Source: an uncultured delta proteobacterium (GTDB lineage: Bacteria; Myxococcota_A; UBA9160; SMWR01). From it: a stretch of 64,000 nucleotides of DNA. The stretch covers positions 311,509 through 375,508 of the forward strand of contig CAWHTE010000005.1 in NCBI GenBank assembly GCA_963832165.1. Reading direction: 5' to 3'. Below the pieces are notes generated by a model that saw only the letters and a list, made by a program, of their open reading frames with translations, was not told the DNA's origin and did not search any database. Positions 23,681-33,714 of this stretch are shown in pieces (position 1 is the stretch's first letter; the number at the start of each line of letters is the position of its first letter). The position numbers and the translations under genes were made by a program.

Positions 23681-24660
23681 TTCGCAGCCCGCGCTCGATC
23701 GAGCGGCAGATAGGGCACGACCTGGCCCGGCTTCACGATCACCTTCTCGACGCCGGGCAGCACCGATTCCATCGTCTCGAGGTAGAGGCGCTTGCGCGTC
23801 ACCGCGGGCGCCTTCCGGTACTCGGCACTCACGGCCGTGAAACGCGCGGCCTCGCCGGCCGCCTCGGCGATGCGCGCTTCGCGGTAGCCGTTGGCAGCCT
23901 CTACGAGCTCGATCGCCTCGGCCCGCGCATTCGGGATCACCTGGTTGCGATAGCCCTCTGCCTCGTTCACATGCCGGCTCGCGTCCTGGATCGCGGCGAC
24001 CACGTCGTCGAATGCGGCGCGAACCTGCAACGGAGCCTGGACGTCTTGAAGCTCCACGGCGTCCACCGCGATCATGTCCTTGCTGTAGCGGTCGAACACG
24101 CCCTGCAACGTGGCGCGCACCTCCGAGGTCAGGGCGGCGCGGCGTTCTCGCAACACGCCGTCCACGGTCATGCGGCCCACCACCTCGCGCATGGCTGCGG
24201 CCGACGCGCTGCGCACGACGGACTTCAAATCGTCCACCTTGTAGAGCGCGGCGTAGGGATCCCCGATCCGATACTGAAGCGTGAAGCTCACGCGCACGAT
24301 GTTGTTGTCGCTCGTCTGCATGCTCGCTTCGTGCACGAGCGCATCCGCGTCGGCGGGCTGGTCGGGTCCAGGGACGCCGAAGTCCTCGTTGCGCACCATA
24401 CCCACGTTCTCGACCACACGGATCGTGATCGGGGGCGGAAGCGTCCAGTGGAAACCCTCGTCGCTGACCGTGCCGACGTGGCGGCCGAGTCGCAGCAGAA
24501 TCGCCGCCTCGCCCGGATCGAGCGTGTACGCGCCCAGCGACAGCCACACGGCGAGTGCGCCGACCAGCACCGTGCCGAGCGTGAGGTTGCCCAGCGTCCG
24601 CGCGACCGAGCGCCGCACGCGCTGCTCGGTCGACAGCCCCTCCGGCTCCTCGTCGGCCAC
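23677..24660 (-). CDS. hflK: Protease modulator HflK
   Basis: TSDNNIV, AFDDV, APAVTRKRLYLETM. Confidence 0.9.
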   Translation of the reverse strand: MADEEPEGLSTEQRVRRSVARTLGNLTLGTVLVGALAVWLSLGAYTLDPGEAAILLRLGRHVGTVSDEGFHWTLPPPITIRVVENVGMVRNEDFGVPGPDQPADADALVHEASMQTSDNNIVRVSFTLQYRIGDPYAALYKVDDLKSVVRSASAAAMREVVGRMTVDGVLRERRAALTSEVRATLQGVFDRYSKDMIAVDAVELQDVQAPLQVRAAFDDVVAAIQDASRHVNEAEGYRNQVIPNARAEAIELVEAANGYREARIAEAAGEAARFTAVSAEYRKAPAVTRKRLYLETMESVLPGVEKVIVKPGQVVPYLPLDRARAAK

Positions 24661-24663
24661 TGC

Positions 24664-25434
24664 CTAGCGCCCCTCCGTCGATTCGCTCTTGCGCGCCATC
24701 TCGTAGAACGGCCGCAGGATGTCGATCGGGATCGGGAACAGCGTGGTCGAATTGTTCTCGGTGGCGATCTCGGCGAGCGTCTGGAGATAGCGCAGCTGGA
24801 GCGCCGACTCCTGCGACGAGAGCACGCGCGCCGCGTCGGCGAGGCGTTGCGCCGCCTGGAACTCGCCCTCGGCGTGGATCACCTTGCTGCGCTTCTCGCG
24901 CTCGGCCTCGGCCTGGCGCGCCATCGCGCGCTGCATCTCGACCGGCAGGTCGATCTGCTTCACCTCGACCGCGCGCACCTTCACGCCCCACGGCTCGGTC
25001 TGGTTGTCGATGATCTCCTGGAGCTTCTGGTTCACCTGCTCCCGCTCCGCGAGCAGCTCGTCGAGGTCTTGCTGGCCGCAGACGCTGCGCAGCGTCGTCT
25101 GCGCCATCTGCGAGGTGCCGTAGAGGTAGTTCTCGACCTGGATCACCGCCTTCTCCGGGTGGAGCACGCGGAAGTAGAGCACCGCGTTCACCTTCAGCGA
25201 GACGTTGTCGCGCGTGATCACCTCCTGCGCCGGCACGTCCATGACGATCTCGCGCAGGCTGATCCGCACCAGCCGGTCCACGCCCGGGATGATCCATTTG
25301 AGGCCGGCCGCCTTCACCTCGCGGAACCGGCCGAGCCGGAAGATCACGCCGCGCTCGTATTCCTGCAGCACGCGAACGCCCATCAGGAACAGCACCGCGA
25401 GGATCGCGAACGCACCCAGAAGCCCTGTCGACAT
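24664..25434 (-). CDS. SPFH/slipin (stomatin-like) protein
   Basis: [30 protein letters not shown]. Confidence 0.9.
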   Translation of the reverse strand: MSTGLLGAFAILAVLFLMGVRVLQEYERGVIFRLGRFREVKAAGLKWIIPGVDRLVRISLREIVMDVPAQEVITRDNVSLKVNAVLYFRVLHPEKAVIQVENYLYGTSQMAQTTLRSVCGQQDLDELLAEREQVNQKLQEIIDNQTEPWGVKVRAVEVKQIDLPVEMQRAMARQAEAEREKRSKVIHAEGEFQAAQRLADAARVLSSQESALQLRYLQTLAEIATENNSTTLFPIPIDILRPFYEMARKSESTEGR

Positions 25435-25464
25435 AACCTTCCTCCTGGCGCGAGCCGCCGCGCG

Positions 25465-26787
25465 TTAGGGCGTACCCAGCGCGCGTCGCACGCGCAGCTG
25501 CAGGCCCTCGACTGCAATCACCTCGACGCGCGAGCCGCGCGGGATCGTCTCGATGCCGACGGCGCTCCAGTACTCGCCGCGGATGAAGACCTTGCCCGCC
25601 GGATCGAGATCTCCCACCGCCTTGCCCGTCGTGCCGATCAGCTCGTCGACGCCGGCGGTCTGGCGCAGCATCATTGTGCGCCCGACCGCGAACGCCACGA
25701 GTCCCGCGAACACGACGAACGCACCGACCGTAGGCACGAGCACCGGCCAGAACGACACCGACAAATCGCTCACCTCGGGAAGGTCGAAGACCATAGTGCC
25801 CCCGAGCAGCATGCACAGCAGGCCCGCGACGAGCAGGACGCCGTAGGCGGACACGATGAGCTCCGCAGCGATCAGACCGATCCCGAGCAGGAGCATCATG
25901 AGCCCCACCCACGAGAACGGCAGGATCTGGAATGCGATGCCCGCGAGCACGAGGCACACGATCCCCGCGATGCCGGGCAGGACCACGCCGGGCTGGTTCA
26001 CTTCGATGTAGAGACCGAGCAGCCCCGCGAGCAGGAGGATGAACGCGACATCCGGGCTCGCGAGCGTATTGAACAGACGCGTGAGCGGCGGCATCTCGAT
26101 CGTACGGCGCTCTGCGCCCGCGACGCGCAGCTCGACCGTCTTGCCCGCCACCTCCACCTTGCGGCCGTCGATCGCGCGGAACAGGTCATCGACGTCGGCC
26201 GCCACCACGTCGATCACGCCGAGCCGGAGCGCCTCGTCCTGGTTGATCGCCTCGGCCTCGCGCACCGCTTTGGACGCCCATTCGACGTTGCGCTTGCGCT
26301 GCTTCGCGATCGCCTCGATGAACGCGGTCGTGAACTTCTCCGCCTTCTCGGCGCCGACGTCCTCGCGCTTGCCCTCGTCGTCGCGCGTGCCGCCCTCCCC
26401 GCTGGCGCCGACCGGTGACGCCGCGCCGATGCTCGTGCCGGGCGCCATCGCCGCGACGTGACCCGCCATCGTGATGAACGCGCCGGCCGAGGCCGCCCAT
26501 GCGCCCTGCGGCGAGACGAACACGATCACGGGCACGCGCGCATTCAGCATCGCCTGGACGATGTCCTTGGTGGCGGCGAGCAGCCCGCCCGGCGTGTCGA
26601 GCTCGACGAGCACGGCCGCCGCACCGTCCGACTCGCTGCGCTTGATCACCTGCTGCAGGTGGTCGGAGGAGGCGGGATTGATCGAGCCGTCGATCGTCAC
26701 CACGTTCACGTGCGCGGCGTCCGCCGCGAGCGGAAGCGCACAGAGCAGAAGCCCGGCGATCTGGGCCAGGCTGTGGCGCAACCTCAC
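25465..26787 (-). CDS. nfeD: NfeD membrane-bound serine protease
   Basis: LDTPGG, AASAGAFI, C-terminal GEYWSA OB-fold. Confidence 0.9.
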   Translation of the reverse strand: MRLRHSLAQIAGLLLCALPLAADAAHVNVVTIDGSINPASSDHLQQVIKRSESDGAAAVLVELDTPGGLLAATKDIVQAMLNARVPVIVFVSPQGAWAASAGAFITMAGHVAAMAPGTSIGAASPVGASGEGGTRDDEGKREDVGAEKAEKFTTAFIEAIAKQRKRNVEWASKAVREAEAINQDEALRLGVIDVVAADVDDLFRAIDGRKVEVAGKTVELRVAGAERRTIEMPPLTRLFNTLASPDVAFILLLAGLLGLYIEVNQPGVVLPGIAGIVCLVLAGIAFQILPFSWVGLMMLLLGIGLIAAELIVSAYGVLLVAGLLCMLLGGTMVFDLPEVSDLSVSFWPVLVPTVGAFVVFAGLVAFAVGRTMMLRQTAGVDELIGTTGKAVGDLDPAGKVFIRGEYWSAVGIETIPRGSRVEVIAVEGLQLRVRRALGTP

Positions 26788-27992
26788 CCGCGCTCTCCGA
26801 GCAGCTTCGCGATGCGGTCGAGCAGACGATCGGCGACCTCGTCCTTGTCGAGCGGGGGCAGCGACTCGACGTCGCCCGCGGGCCACACGAAGCTCACGGT
26901 GTTGCGGTCGCCGTCGAAGCCGGAGTCGGGCGCCGAGACGTCGTTTGCGACCAGGAGGTCGCAGCCCTTGCGCGCGATCTTGCGCCGCGCGGACTCGATC
27001 ACGTCCTCGCTCTCCGCGGCAAAGCCCACGATCACGCGCGACCCCTTCTCGCGACACAGCTCGGCGAGGATGTCGGGATTGCGCACGAGCTCGATCGCGA
27101 TCCCGGCGCCCTCGGCGAGGTCCTCCTTGCGGATCTTGCGCCCCGAGACGCTTGCGGGCCGGAAATCGGCCACCGCGGCCGCCTTCACCACGACATCGGC
27201 GCTCGCGAACTCGCGGCGCACTGCGTCGCGCATCTCGAGCGCGCTGCCCACGTCGATCCGCCGCACACCGGCGGGTGTCGCGAGCGAGCTGGGGCCGCTC
27301 ACGAGCACCACTTCGGCCCCGCGCCGCGCCGCCTGACGCGCGACCGCGTAGCCCATCTTCCCGGACGAGCGGTTGCCCAGGAACCGCACGGTGTCGAGCG
27401 GCTCGCGCGTGCCGCCCGCGGTGACCAGGACGCGCACGCCCACGAGGTCGCGCGGGCCGAGCAGCTCCTGTGCGCGCTCGGCGATCCGCGCCGGGTCGCT
27501 CATGCGGCCCTCGCCCTCCCAGCCGCACGCGAGCTCGCCCGCGTCCGGGCCCACCCAGTGCGCTCCGCGCTCGGTGAGGATCCCCACGTTGTGCGCGGTG
27601 GCCGGATGGCGCCACATGTTCACGTTCATCGCGGGTGCGAGCAGCAGCGGCGCGCGCGTCGCGAGCACCACGGTGGAGACGAGGTCATCGGCGAGCCCCG
27701 CGGCGAAGCGCGCGAGCGCGTGCGCGGTGGCGGGCGCCACGATCACGAGCTCGGCCCAGTCCGCGAGCGCGATGTGATCGATCTGCCCCTCTTCGGCCGC
27801 GTCGAACAGGTCGCGGCGCACGGCCTGGCCCGAGACGGTCTGCAGCGCGAGCGGGCTCACGAACTCGGCCGCCGCGCGCGTCATGACGCAGCGCACGGCG
27901 TGCCCCGCGCGCCGCAGCGCGCGGACCAGCTCCGGCGTCTTGTAGGCCGCGATGCCGCCGGTCACCGCCAGGAGGATGCGCCGCTCTTCCAC
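26784..27992 (-). CDS. coaBC: Phosphopantothenoylcysteine decarboxylase/ligase
   Basis: TGGIAAYK, APAMNVNMW, NRSSGKMG, GFAAE. Confidence 0.95.
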   Translation of the reverse strand: MEERRILLAVTGGIAAYKTPELVRALRRAGHAVRCVMTRAAAEFVSPLALQTVSGQAVRRDLFDAAEEGQIDHIALADWAELVIVAPATAHALARFAAGLADDLVSTVVLATRAPLLLAPAMNVNMWRHPATAHNVGILTERGAHWVGPDAGELACGWEGEGRMSDPARIAERAQELLGPRDLVGVRVLVTAGGTREPLDTVRFLGNRSSGKMGYAVARQAARRGAEVVLVSGPSSLATPAGVRRIDVGSALEMRDAVRREFASADVVVKAAAVADFRPASVSGRKIRKEDLAEGAGIAIELVRNPDILAELCREKGSRVIVGFAAESEDVIESARRKIARKGCDLLVANDVSAPDSGFDGDRNTVSFVWPAGDVESLPPLDKDEVADRLLDRIAKLLGERG

Positions 27993-28004
27993 GCGCTGCT
28001 CATT

Positions 28005-28171
28005 GTAGGGCGGATTAGCCCCGCAAGCCTCGCGCAGCGAGCCGAAGGCGAGCGAAGGCCATTCGAAGGGCGTAATCCGCCCTCGGCGATAGGCGGCTGC
28101 GGGATGGCGGATTCCGCTCGGTCGGTGATCCGCGTGTAGCTCGGTGGTACGCGCGAGCTAATCCGCCCTAC
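28005..28171. repeat. GTAG-family REP doublet (REPIN-like) with a 43-bp insert in the left loop
   Basis: GTAGGGCGGATTAGC...GCTAATCCGCCCTAC terminal inverted repeat; compare 43921-44008. Confidence 0.85.
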
Positions 28172-28656
28172 GCGAACCGCTCGCGCAGCTTCTTGGCCAC
28201 GAGCGGCGGCACGAACTCGTCCACCTCGCGGCCGAATCGGGTCAGCTCCTTGAGGCGCGAGGAGCTCACGTAGAGGTATTCCTGGCTCGGCATCATGAAC
28301 AGCGTCTCCACGTCCGCGTAGAGGTGCTTGTTCATGAGCGCCATCTCGAACTCGTACTCGAAATCGGACATCGCGCGCACGCCGCGAATGATCGCGATCG
28401 CGCCGATCTCGCGCGCGTAGTCGACCGTGAGCCCTTCGAACGCCGTGACCCGGAGCGCGGGCTCTTCGCTCACCACGGAGCTGAGCATCTCGATGCGATC
28501 CTCGAGCGAGAACGTCTCGGTCTTCCCGACGTTCACCGCGACCGCGAGCACCACCTCGTCGAACAGCCGCAGCGCGCGCCGCGCAATGTCCAGGTGGCCG
28601 TTGGTCACCGGATCGAAGCTGGCCGGAAAGAGCGCGACCCGCCGCGCACTGCTCAT
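28168..28656 (-). CDS. coaD: Pantetheine-phosphate adenylyltransferase
   Basis: PASFDPVTNGH, RGVRAMSDFEYE, VSSS. Confidence 0.95.
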   Translation of the reverse strand: MSSARRVALFPASFDPVTNGHLDIARRALRLFDEVVLAVAVNVGKTETFSLEDRIEMLSSVVSEEPALRVTAFEGLTVDYAREIGAIAIIRGVRAMSDFEYEFEMALMNKHLYADVETLFMMPSQEYLYVSSSRLKELTRFGREVDEFVPPLVAKKLRERFA

Positions 28657-29231
28657 GCTTCTGAACCCCCCTGATCGGCCGGCGCCGGGAGGCCGGCCCC
28701 CAACCACTCGAGTTCGGTGTCTCCGTAGCGCCGCACCTCGTGCGACACCAGACCATCGATCGCCGGCAGAGGATGACGCCGACTGCGCTCGACGACCACG
28801 GTCGCGCCCGGCGCGAGCAGCTGGCCCGAAACGAGCTGAGCGAGCGGGCCCGTGAGCGCGCGATCCTCGTAGGGCGGATCGACGAGCACCAGATCGAAGC
28901 GCCATCCCTCACCGGCGAGGCGCCGCAGTGCTCCGCGCGCGTCACCGCGCACGACGCGCGCGCATTCGTCGAGCTCGAGTGCGTGCAGATTGCGGCGCAG
29001 CACAGCGAGACTCGCGTGACTGCGATCGACGAACACTGCGCGCTCGGCCCCCCGGGAAAGCGCTTCGATGCCGAGCGCGCCCGTGCCTGCGTACAAGTCG
29101 AGCACACACGCGCCGTCGAGATCGCGCAAGCGCGCGAACAACGCCTCGCGCACGCGATCTGCCGTCGGACGAACTCCCGACGGTGCCGCGACGAGACGTC
29201 GTCCTCCCAGTCGACCGCCGGTGACACGCAT
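28653..29231 (-). CDS. rsmD: 16S rRNA m2G966 methyltransferase
   Basis: RPTADRVREALF, LDLYAGTG, DPPY. Confidence 0.9.
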   Translation of the reverse strand: MRVTGGRLGGRRLVAAPSGVRPTADRVREALFARLRDLDGACVLDLYAGTGALGIEALSRGAERAVFVDRSHASLAVLRRNLHALELDECARVVRGDARGALRRLAGEGWRFDLVLVDPPYEDRALTGPLAQLVSGQLLAPGATVVVERSRRHPLPAIDGLVSHEVRRYGDTELEWLGAGLPAPADQGGSEA

Positions 29232-29354
29232 TTGTGCGTTTCTCTCACAGTTCTGTTCACAGTGGTCGCGCATTTTCATGTTGCCCGCCACGCGCTCATT
29301 GCTAGGATCGCCGTCCCGTAACCCCCGCTTGCGGCGACACAGGAGAGAGACGGA

Positions 29355-29600
29355 ATGACGATTGCCTCGGTGGACCGCATCAAACGCAAGCTGCCCGATC
29401 GAATTGCTCAGATTCGCGGCGAGCGATCGCAACGACAGTTCGCGCGCGATCTCGGCGTGTTTCAACAGAACGTGAATCGCTACGAGAGCGGCACGACACC
29501 GCACACGGACTTTCTGATCACGCTCGCGGTGAAAGAGAACGTGTCGATGGATTGGCTGCTGCTCGGTCGCGGAAAGATGAAGCGCGGCGGGCGCCCGTAG
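29355..29600 (+). CDS. XRE-family HTH regulator
   Basis: SQRQFARDLGVFQQNVNRYESG, VSMDWLLLG; AGGAG RBS. Confidence 0.85.
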   Translation: MTIASVDRIKRKLPDRIAQIRGERSQRQFARDLGVFQQNVNRYESGTTPHTDFLITLAVKENVSMDWLLLGRGKMKRGGRP

Positions 29601-29855
29601 CGCGCGCCTGATAGTCGCAGTAGCGCTTCCGCTCGATCTGGCCTTCGGAAGGCACGGAACATGGGACCCCTGCCGCGGGGCTGATTCCGCCCCGGAGGGG
29701 GTCCCCGCACGGAACCGGTGGCGGCAGGCGACCTCCGGAGTGGAAGAAGACTTCCCTCCTGCCGCGACCGCACCCGGGCGCTGCCGCTCGATGGACAGGC
29801 AACCGGCCGGGGCAAGCCCGCACGGCCGCGGCCGAACTCGCGTTTCGAGCCGATT

Positions 29856-29872
29856 GGGGCACGCGGCTTGCT
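29856..29872 (+). promoter_or_regulatory. Sigma54 (-24/-12) promoter
   Basis: GGGCAC-GCGGC-TTGCT; GG 29858-59 and GC 29870-71 spaced by 10 nt. Confidence 0.65.
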
Positions 29873-29906
29873 TTTCAGGAGCCCCGAGACCGAATCCGGA
29901 GGCTCT

Positions 29907-30239
29907 GTGTACGTCCTGGCGATCCTGACGATCCTGCTGTCCGCAGCAGACCATTGGACGACGTACCTCTGCCTCCGGGCGCCCGTCACGGGCTGGCACG
30001 TTGCCGAGGCAAACCCGCTCGCGCAGTGGCTATTCGATTCGTTCGGTCTCGTGCCCGGGCTGCTGATCGATAGCGGCGTCACGCTCGGGGCGATCGCGTT
30101 CCTGCTCTCGACCCACCAGATCCCGAAGCTGACCAAAGGGCTCTTCTTCGGACTGGTGATCGCGGGCACGACCGTCGCGGTCTACAACAACTGGGTTGCG
30201 ATCCAGGCGTTGGGACTCTCGCCGCTGGGGAGCGCCTGA
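29907..30239 (+). CDS. Small membrane protein with D-x-x-TT and EANP motifs (DUF5658-like)
   Basis: GGAGG RBS then GTG; hydrophobic helices; EANPL. Confidence 0.7.
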   Translation: MYVLAILTILLSAADHWTTYLCLRAPVTGWHVAEANPLAQWLFDSFGLVPGLLIDSGVTLGAIAFLLSTHQIPKLTKGLFFGLVIAGTTVAVYNNWVAIQALGLSPLGSA

Positions 30240-30241
30240 TC

Positions 30242-30853
30242 ATGCTGCAGTTGTCCCGCATTCGTGTCCTTCCGCTCGCAGCCCTCGTGCTCTTTTCGCT
30301 CTCGTGCGCGGTGACCCCTGCGCGTCTGCCGATCGCAGACCTCGCTGCGCCCGTCGCCGCCGCGCCGGCTACGGGCGATCCGTCCGTCGCAGCGGTGCGC
30401 GCGCGGCTCGCGGTCCACCAGGCGCGCACGGGCCTCACCGATGCCGAGGTCGATCGGCTCGCGCAGACGATCGTGGTCGAGGCGCGCCGCTACCACTTCG
30501 ATCCCCAGCTCGTGCTCGCGGTGATCCACGTCGAGAGCCGCTTCGATGTCTACGCCGTCTCCCCGAAGGACGCGCTCGGCCTGATGCAGCTCCTGCCCAG
30601 CACGGGTGAGTGGCTCGCTCCGATCGTGGGCGTCGAGTGGCACGGCCCGCAGACCCTGTTCGACCCGATCGCGAACGTGCAGCTCGGCGTCGCGTACCTG
30701 CGCCAGCTCACCGACCGCTACAACGGCAGCGTGCGCACCGCGCTCCTCGCCTACAACTGGGGCCCGGGCCGCATCGACCAGGTGGTGGCCGCGGGCGGCC
30801 CGTTGCCGCGCGAGTATTCGCAGCTCGTGCTCGCGGCGTACGATCGCTCGTAG
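30242..30853 (+). CDS. Lytic transglycosylase (SLT), probable lipoprotein
   Basis: VES catalytic Glu, GLMQL, AYNWG motifs; LSC lipobox. Confidence 0.9.
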   Translation: MLQLSRIRVLPLAALVLFSLSCAVTPARLPIADLAAPVAAAPATGDPSVAAVRARLAVHQARTGLTDAEVDRLAQTIVVEARRYHFDPQLVLAVIHVESRFDVYAVSPKDALGLMQLLPSTGEWLAPIVGVEWHGPQTLFDPIANVQLGVAYLRQLTDRYNGSVRTALLAYNWGPGRIDQVVAAGGPLPREYSQLVLAAYDRS

Positions 30854-30868
30854 CCGATCTGCGGCGGG

Positions 30869-32314
30869 TCAGGTCCCGCCGCCGTCGACGAGCACGCCCG
30901 CGAAGACGTCGACCGCCGCCATCGCCTCGTCGGCTCCGCCGCGGAAGCCGTTCACGAGAATCGAGAACGAGAGCGTGCGCCCATCGGCGCGCCGCGCGAG
31001 GCCCGAGAGTCCGGTCACGCGCGTGAGCAGTCCGGTCTTCGCGCGAAGCTCGGCCCCTGCGCGCGACGCGCGCTTCTCGAGCGTGCCATCGGTGTGGCCG
31101 ATCGGCAGGCTCGCGACGAACTCGGCGCCGTAGCGGAACGAGCGGGAGGCCTCGCGCAGCGCCGCAACGAGCAGGCGCGGCGGGACGCGGTCGTCGTAGG
31201 AGAGCCCGGAGCCGTCGACCTGGACGAGGCCCGCGGTCGGCAGGCCGAGGGCATCGAGCTCGCGCCGCACCACCGCGACGCCACCCTTCCAGTTGCCGGG
31301 TCCCCCATCCACAGAGACGGAGAGCGACTTGATCAGCGCCTCGCCGATCGGGTTGCTGCTGAACTTGAGGAAACGCCGCACGACGTCGGACAACGGGCGC
31401 CCCTCGAACGCGACCAGCTCGTGCGCGGCTTTGGGCACATAGGCGCGCCGGACGGTGCCCCCGACCGGGATCCCGACCGCCGCGAGCTGCATCTGCAACA
31501 CGCTCGCCGCATAGCCCGCGGGATCGAGCACGCTTCGCTGGAACGTGCGCTCGGCGCCGCGCGGCCAGGTGCCACCGACCACGACCTCCTCGCCGCCCTC
31601 GATCGCGCGCCGGTCCACCACGAGGCGCCGGCCGCTCCCGGTGCGCGCCTGGTTCGACACGCGGAAGAACGCGAGCGGTGGATCGACCGCGATCCGAACC
31701 GCTTCGCCGTTGCGCTTCGCGCCCTCCACGACCACCGCGTACGCGCTGTAGTTCGCCATCAGTGCGCCGACGGGCGCGACGTAGGCGCGCGCCGTGGTCG
31801 GCTGCCAGCTCGGGTGCCAGCGCTCACCGTCGAAGAGCGAATCGTCGACCGCGATGTCGCCGCGCACGCGGCGCAGCCCGGCGCGGTGCAGATCGGCGGC
31901 GAGCCGCCAGTAGTCTTCGGAGGTGAGGCCGGGGTCGCCGCCACCGCGCACGTAGAGCGTGCCGACGCCGCCCTCGGCGTCGGGCTCGGCGTCGGCGTAC
32001 ACGCGCGTCGCGAACGTGTGCGCGGGCCCGAACACGCGCAGCGCCGCGAGCGCGGTGAGGATCTTCAGGTTCGACGCGGGAACGAGCGGCTGGTCGGGGT
32101 CGCGCTCGAACACCACGCGTCCATCGGCGTCGTCCACCACGAGCGCACCCACACGCGCTCCGCGCAGCGCGCGCGCATCGAGCGCGTGGGCGAGCGCGCG
32201 CCGCAGCGCCGAGTCCACGGGCGCTGCCGGCTCGGCCGCGCGCAGCGGGCCGGCGGCGGCGAGCAGCACCCCACCCATGGCAGACAGTTGGCGCAACAGT
32301 TGGCGCGACAGCAC
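30869..32314 (-). CDS. dacB: D-Ala-D-Ala carboxypeptidase/endopeptidase (PBP4, peptidase S13)
   Basis: PASNLK (SxxK), SSN (SxN), DGSGLS, KTG. Confidence 0.9.
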   Translation of the reverse strand: MLSRQLLRQLSAMGGVLLAAAGPLRAAEPAAPVDSALRRALAHALDARALRGARVGALVVDDADGRVVFERDPDQPLVPASNLKILTALAALRVFGPAHTFATRVYADAEPDAEGGVGTLYVRGGGDPGLTSEDYWRLAADLHRAGLRRVRGDIAVDDSLFDGERWHPSWQPTTARAYVAPVGALMANYSAYAVVVEGAKRNGEAVRIAVDPPLAFFRVSNQARTGSGRRLVVDRRAIEGGEEVVVGGTWPRGAERTFQRSVLDPAGYAASVLQMQLAAVGIPVGGTVRRAYVPKAAHELVAFEGRPLSDVVRRFLKFSSNPIGEALIKSLSVSVDGGPGNWKGGVAVVRRELDALGLPTAGLVQVDGSGLSYDDRVPPRLLVAALREASRSFRYGAEFVASLPIGHTDGTLEKRASRAGAELRAKTGLLTRVTGLSGLARRADGRTLSFSILVNGFRGGADEAMAAVDVFAGVLVDGGGT

Positions 32315-32405
32315 ACCGATCCAATCCGGGGGAAGGCGGGGATTGACGCGGGCGAAGTTATCCGGGAGCTTGCGCCCGGGCAATTTCCAGCGCATGGGGG
32401 CGCGG

Positions 32406-33707
32406 GTGCTCAACGCAATCTGGCTCGGCCTCGTGCTCATCTCCGTCTTGTACGCGGCGTACGCGGGGACGATGCCCGCGGTCACGGCTGCCGCTTTCAA
32501 GAGCGCCGAGACCGCGATCGGCGACGTCATCAAGCTCACCGGGTTCATGATCTTCATGCTCGGCGTGATGCGCGTCGCGAGCGAGGGCGGGCTGCTCGCG
32601 GCGATCGCGCGCGGGCTCTCGCCGATCCTGCGGCGCCTGTTCCCCGAAGTGCCGCCCGATCACCCGGCCATGGGCGCGATGGTGATGAACATGGCCGCGA
32701 ACATGCTCGGACTCGGCAACGCCGCGACGCCGTTCGGGCTCAAGGCGATGGCCGAGCTGAACAAGCTGAATCCGTATCCGGGCGTCGCGACCGACGCGAT
32801 GGTGCTGTTCCTCGTGATCAACGCGACCGCGATCCACCTGATGCCGCCGACCGGAACGATGGCGGTGCGAGCGGCCGCGGGTTCCGCCGCGCCGAGCGCG
32901 ATCTGGGTGCCGACGCTGATCGCGACGACCTGCGCGATGACCGTCGGCGTGCTCGTCGTATTCCTGCTGCGCAGACGCGAGCGCTACGCCGCGCGCCCGC
33001 TTCCCGATGCCGAGCCGGCCGTGGCGCGCAGCGCGGCGCCCGATCTGCCGGACACGACGCTGCCGATGCCCGGCCCCGCCAGCCCGGTGCGGAACGCGCT
33101 CACGATCGCGATCGGACTCGCGCTGCTCGCGGCGGTCGTCTGGGCGATCGCCGTGCCCGGTGATCGCACGCGCGCCGACATCGCGAAGGAGATCGTGAAT
33201 CAGTGGCTGATCGTGCTGCTCGTGGTGGGCCTGTTGCTCGTGGGTCTGCGCGGCGGCGTGCGGATCTACGACGAGATGGTCGCGGGCGCGCGCGAGGGCC
33301 TCGATGTCGTGGTCCGGATCGCGCCCTATCTCGTGGTGATCCTGGTCGCCGTCGGGATGTTCCGCGCCTCGGGTGCACTCGACCTCCTGATCGGCGCGCT
33401 GGATCCGTTCACGAGCGCGATCGGATTCCCCGCAGCCGCGCTGCCGATGGCGCTCTTGCGTCCGCTCTCGGGCTCGGGCTCGTTTGCGGTGATGGCGGAG
33501 ATCCTGCATGCCCACGGGCCGGACAGCTTCGTCGGCATGGTCGCGAGCACGCTCCAGGGGTCGACGGAGACGACCTTCTACGTGTTGACCGTGTACTTCG
33601 GGTCCGTGGGCGTCCGGGAGATGCGACACGTGCTCCCGGCCCTGCTGATCGGAGACCTCGCGGGCTTCGCCGGTGCCACCGCCGCGTGTCACCTCTTCTT
33701 CGACTGA
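32406..33707 (+). CDS. spmAB: Fused SpmA-SpmB nucleoside-gate membrane protein
   Basis: ANMLGLGNAATPFGLKAM (SpmA) and RPLSGSGS, GSTETTFYV (SpmB). Confidence 0.9.
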   Translation: MLNAIWLGLVLISVLYAAYAGTMPAVTAAAFKSAETAIGDVIKLTGFMIFMLGVMRVASEGGLLAAIARGLSPILRRLFPEVPPDHPAMGAMVMNMAANMLGLGNAATPFGLKAMAELNKLNPYPGVATDAMVLFLVINATAIHLMPPTGTMAVRAAAGSAAPSAIWVPTLIATTCAMTVGVLVVFLLRRRERYAARPLPDAEPAVARSAAPDLPDTTLPMPGPASPVRNALTIAIGLALLAAVVWAIAVPGDRTRADIAKEIVNQWLIVLLVVGLLLVGLRGGVRIYDEMVAGAREGLDVVVRIAPYLVVILVAVGMFRASGALDLLIGALDPFTSAIGFPAAALPMALLRPLSGSGSFAVMAEILHAHGPDSFVGMVASTLQGSTETTFYVLTVYFGSVGVREMRHVLPALLIGDLAGFAGATAACHLFFD

Positions 33708-33714
33708 GCGCGCG

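Noticed and set aside
29626..29746. c-di-AMP (ydaO) or c-di-GMP riboswitch ahead of the SLT operon
   Set aside because: Only loose motif resemblance; key conserved segments do not match and a sigma54 promoter lies downstream of it. Kept only as an unassigned structure
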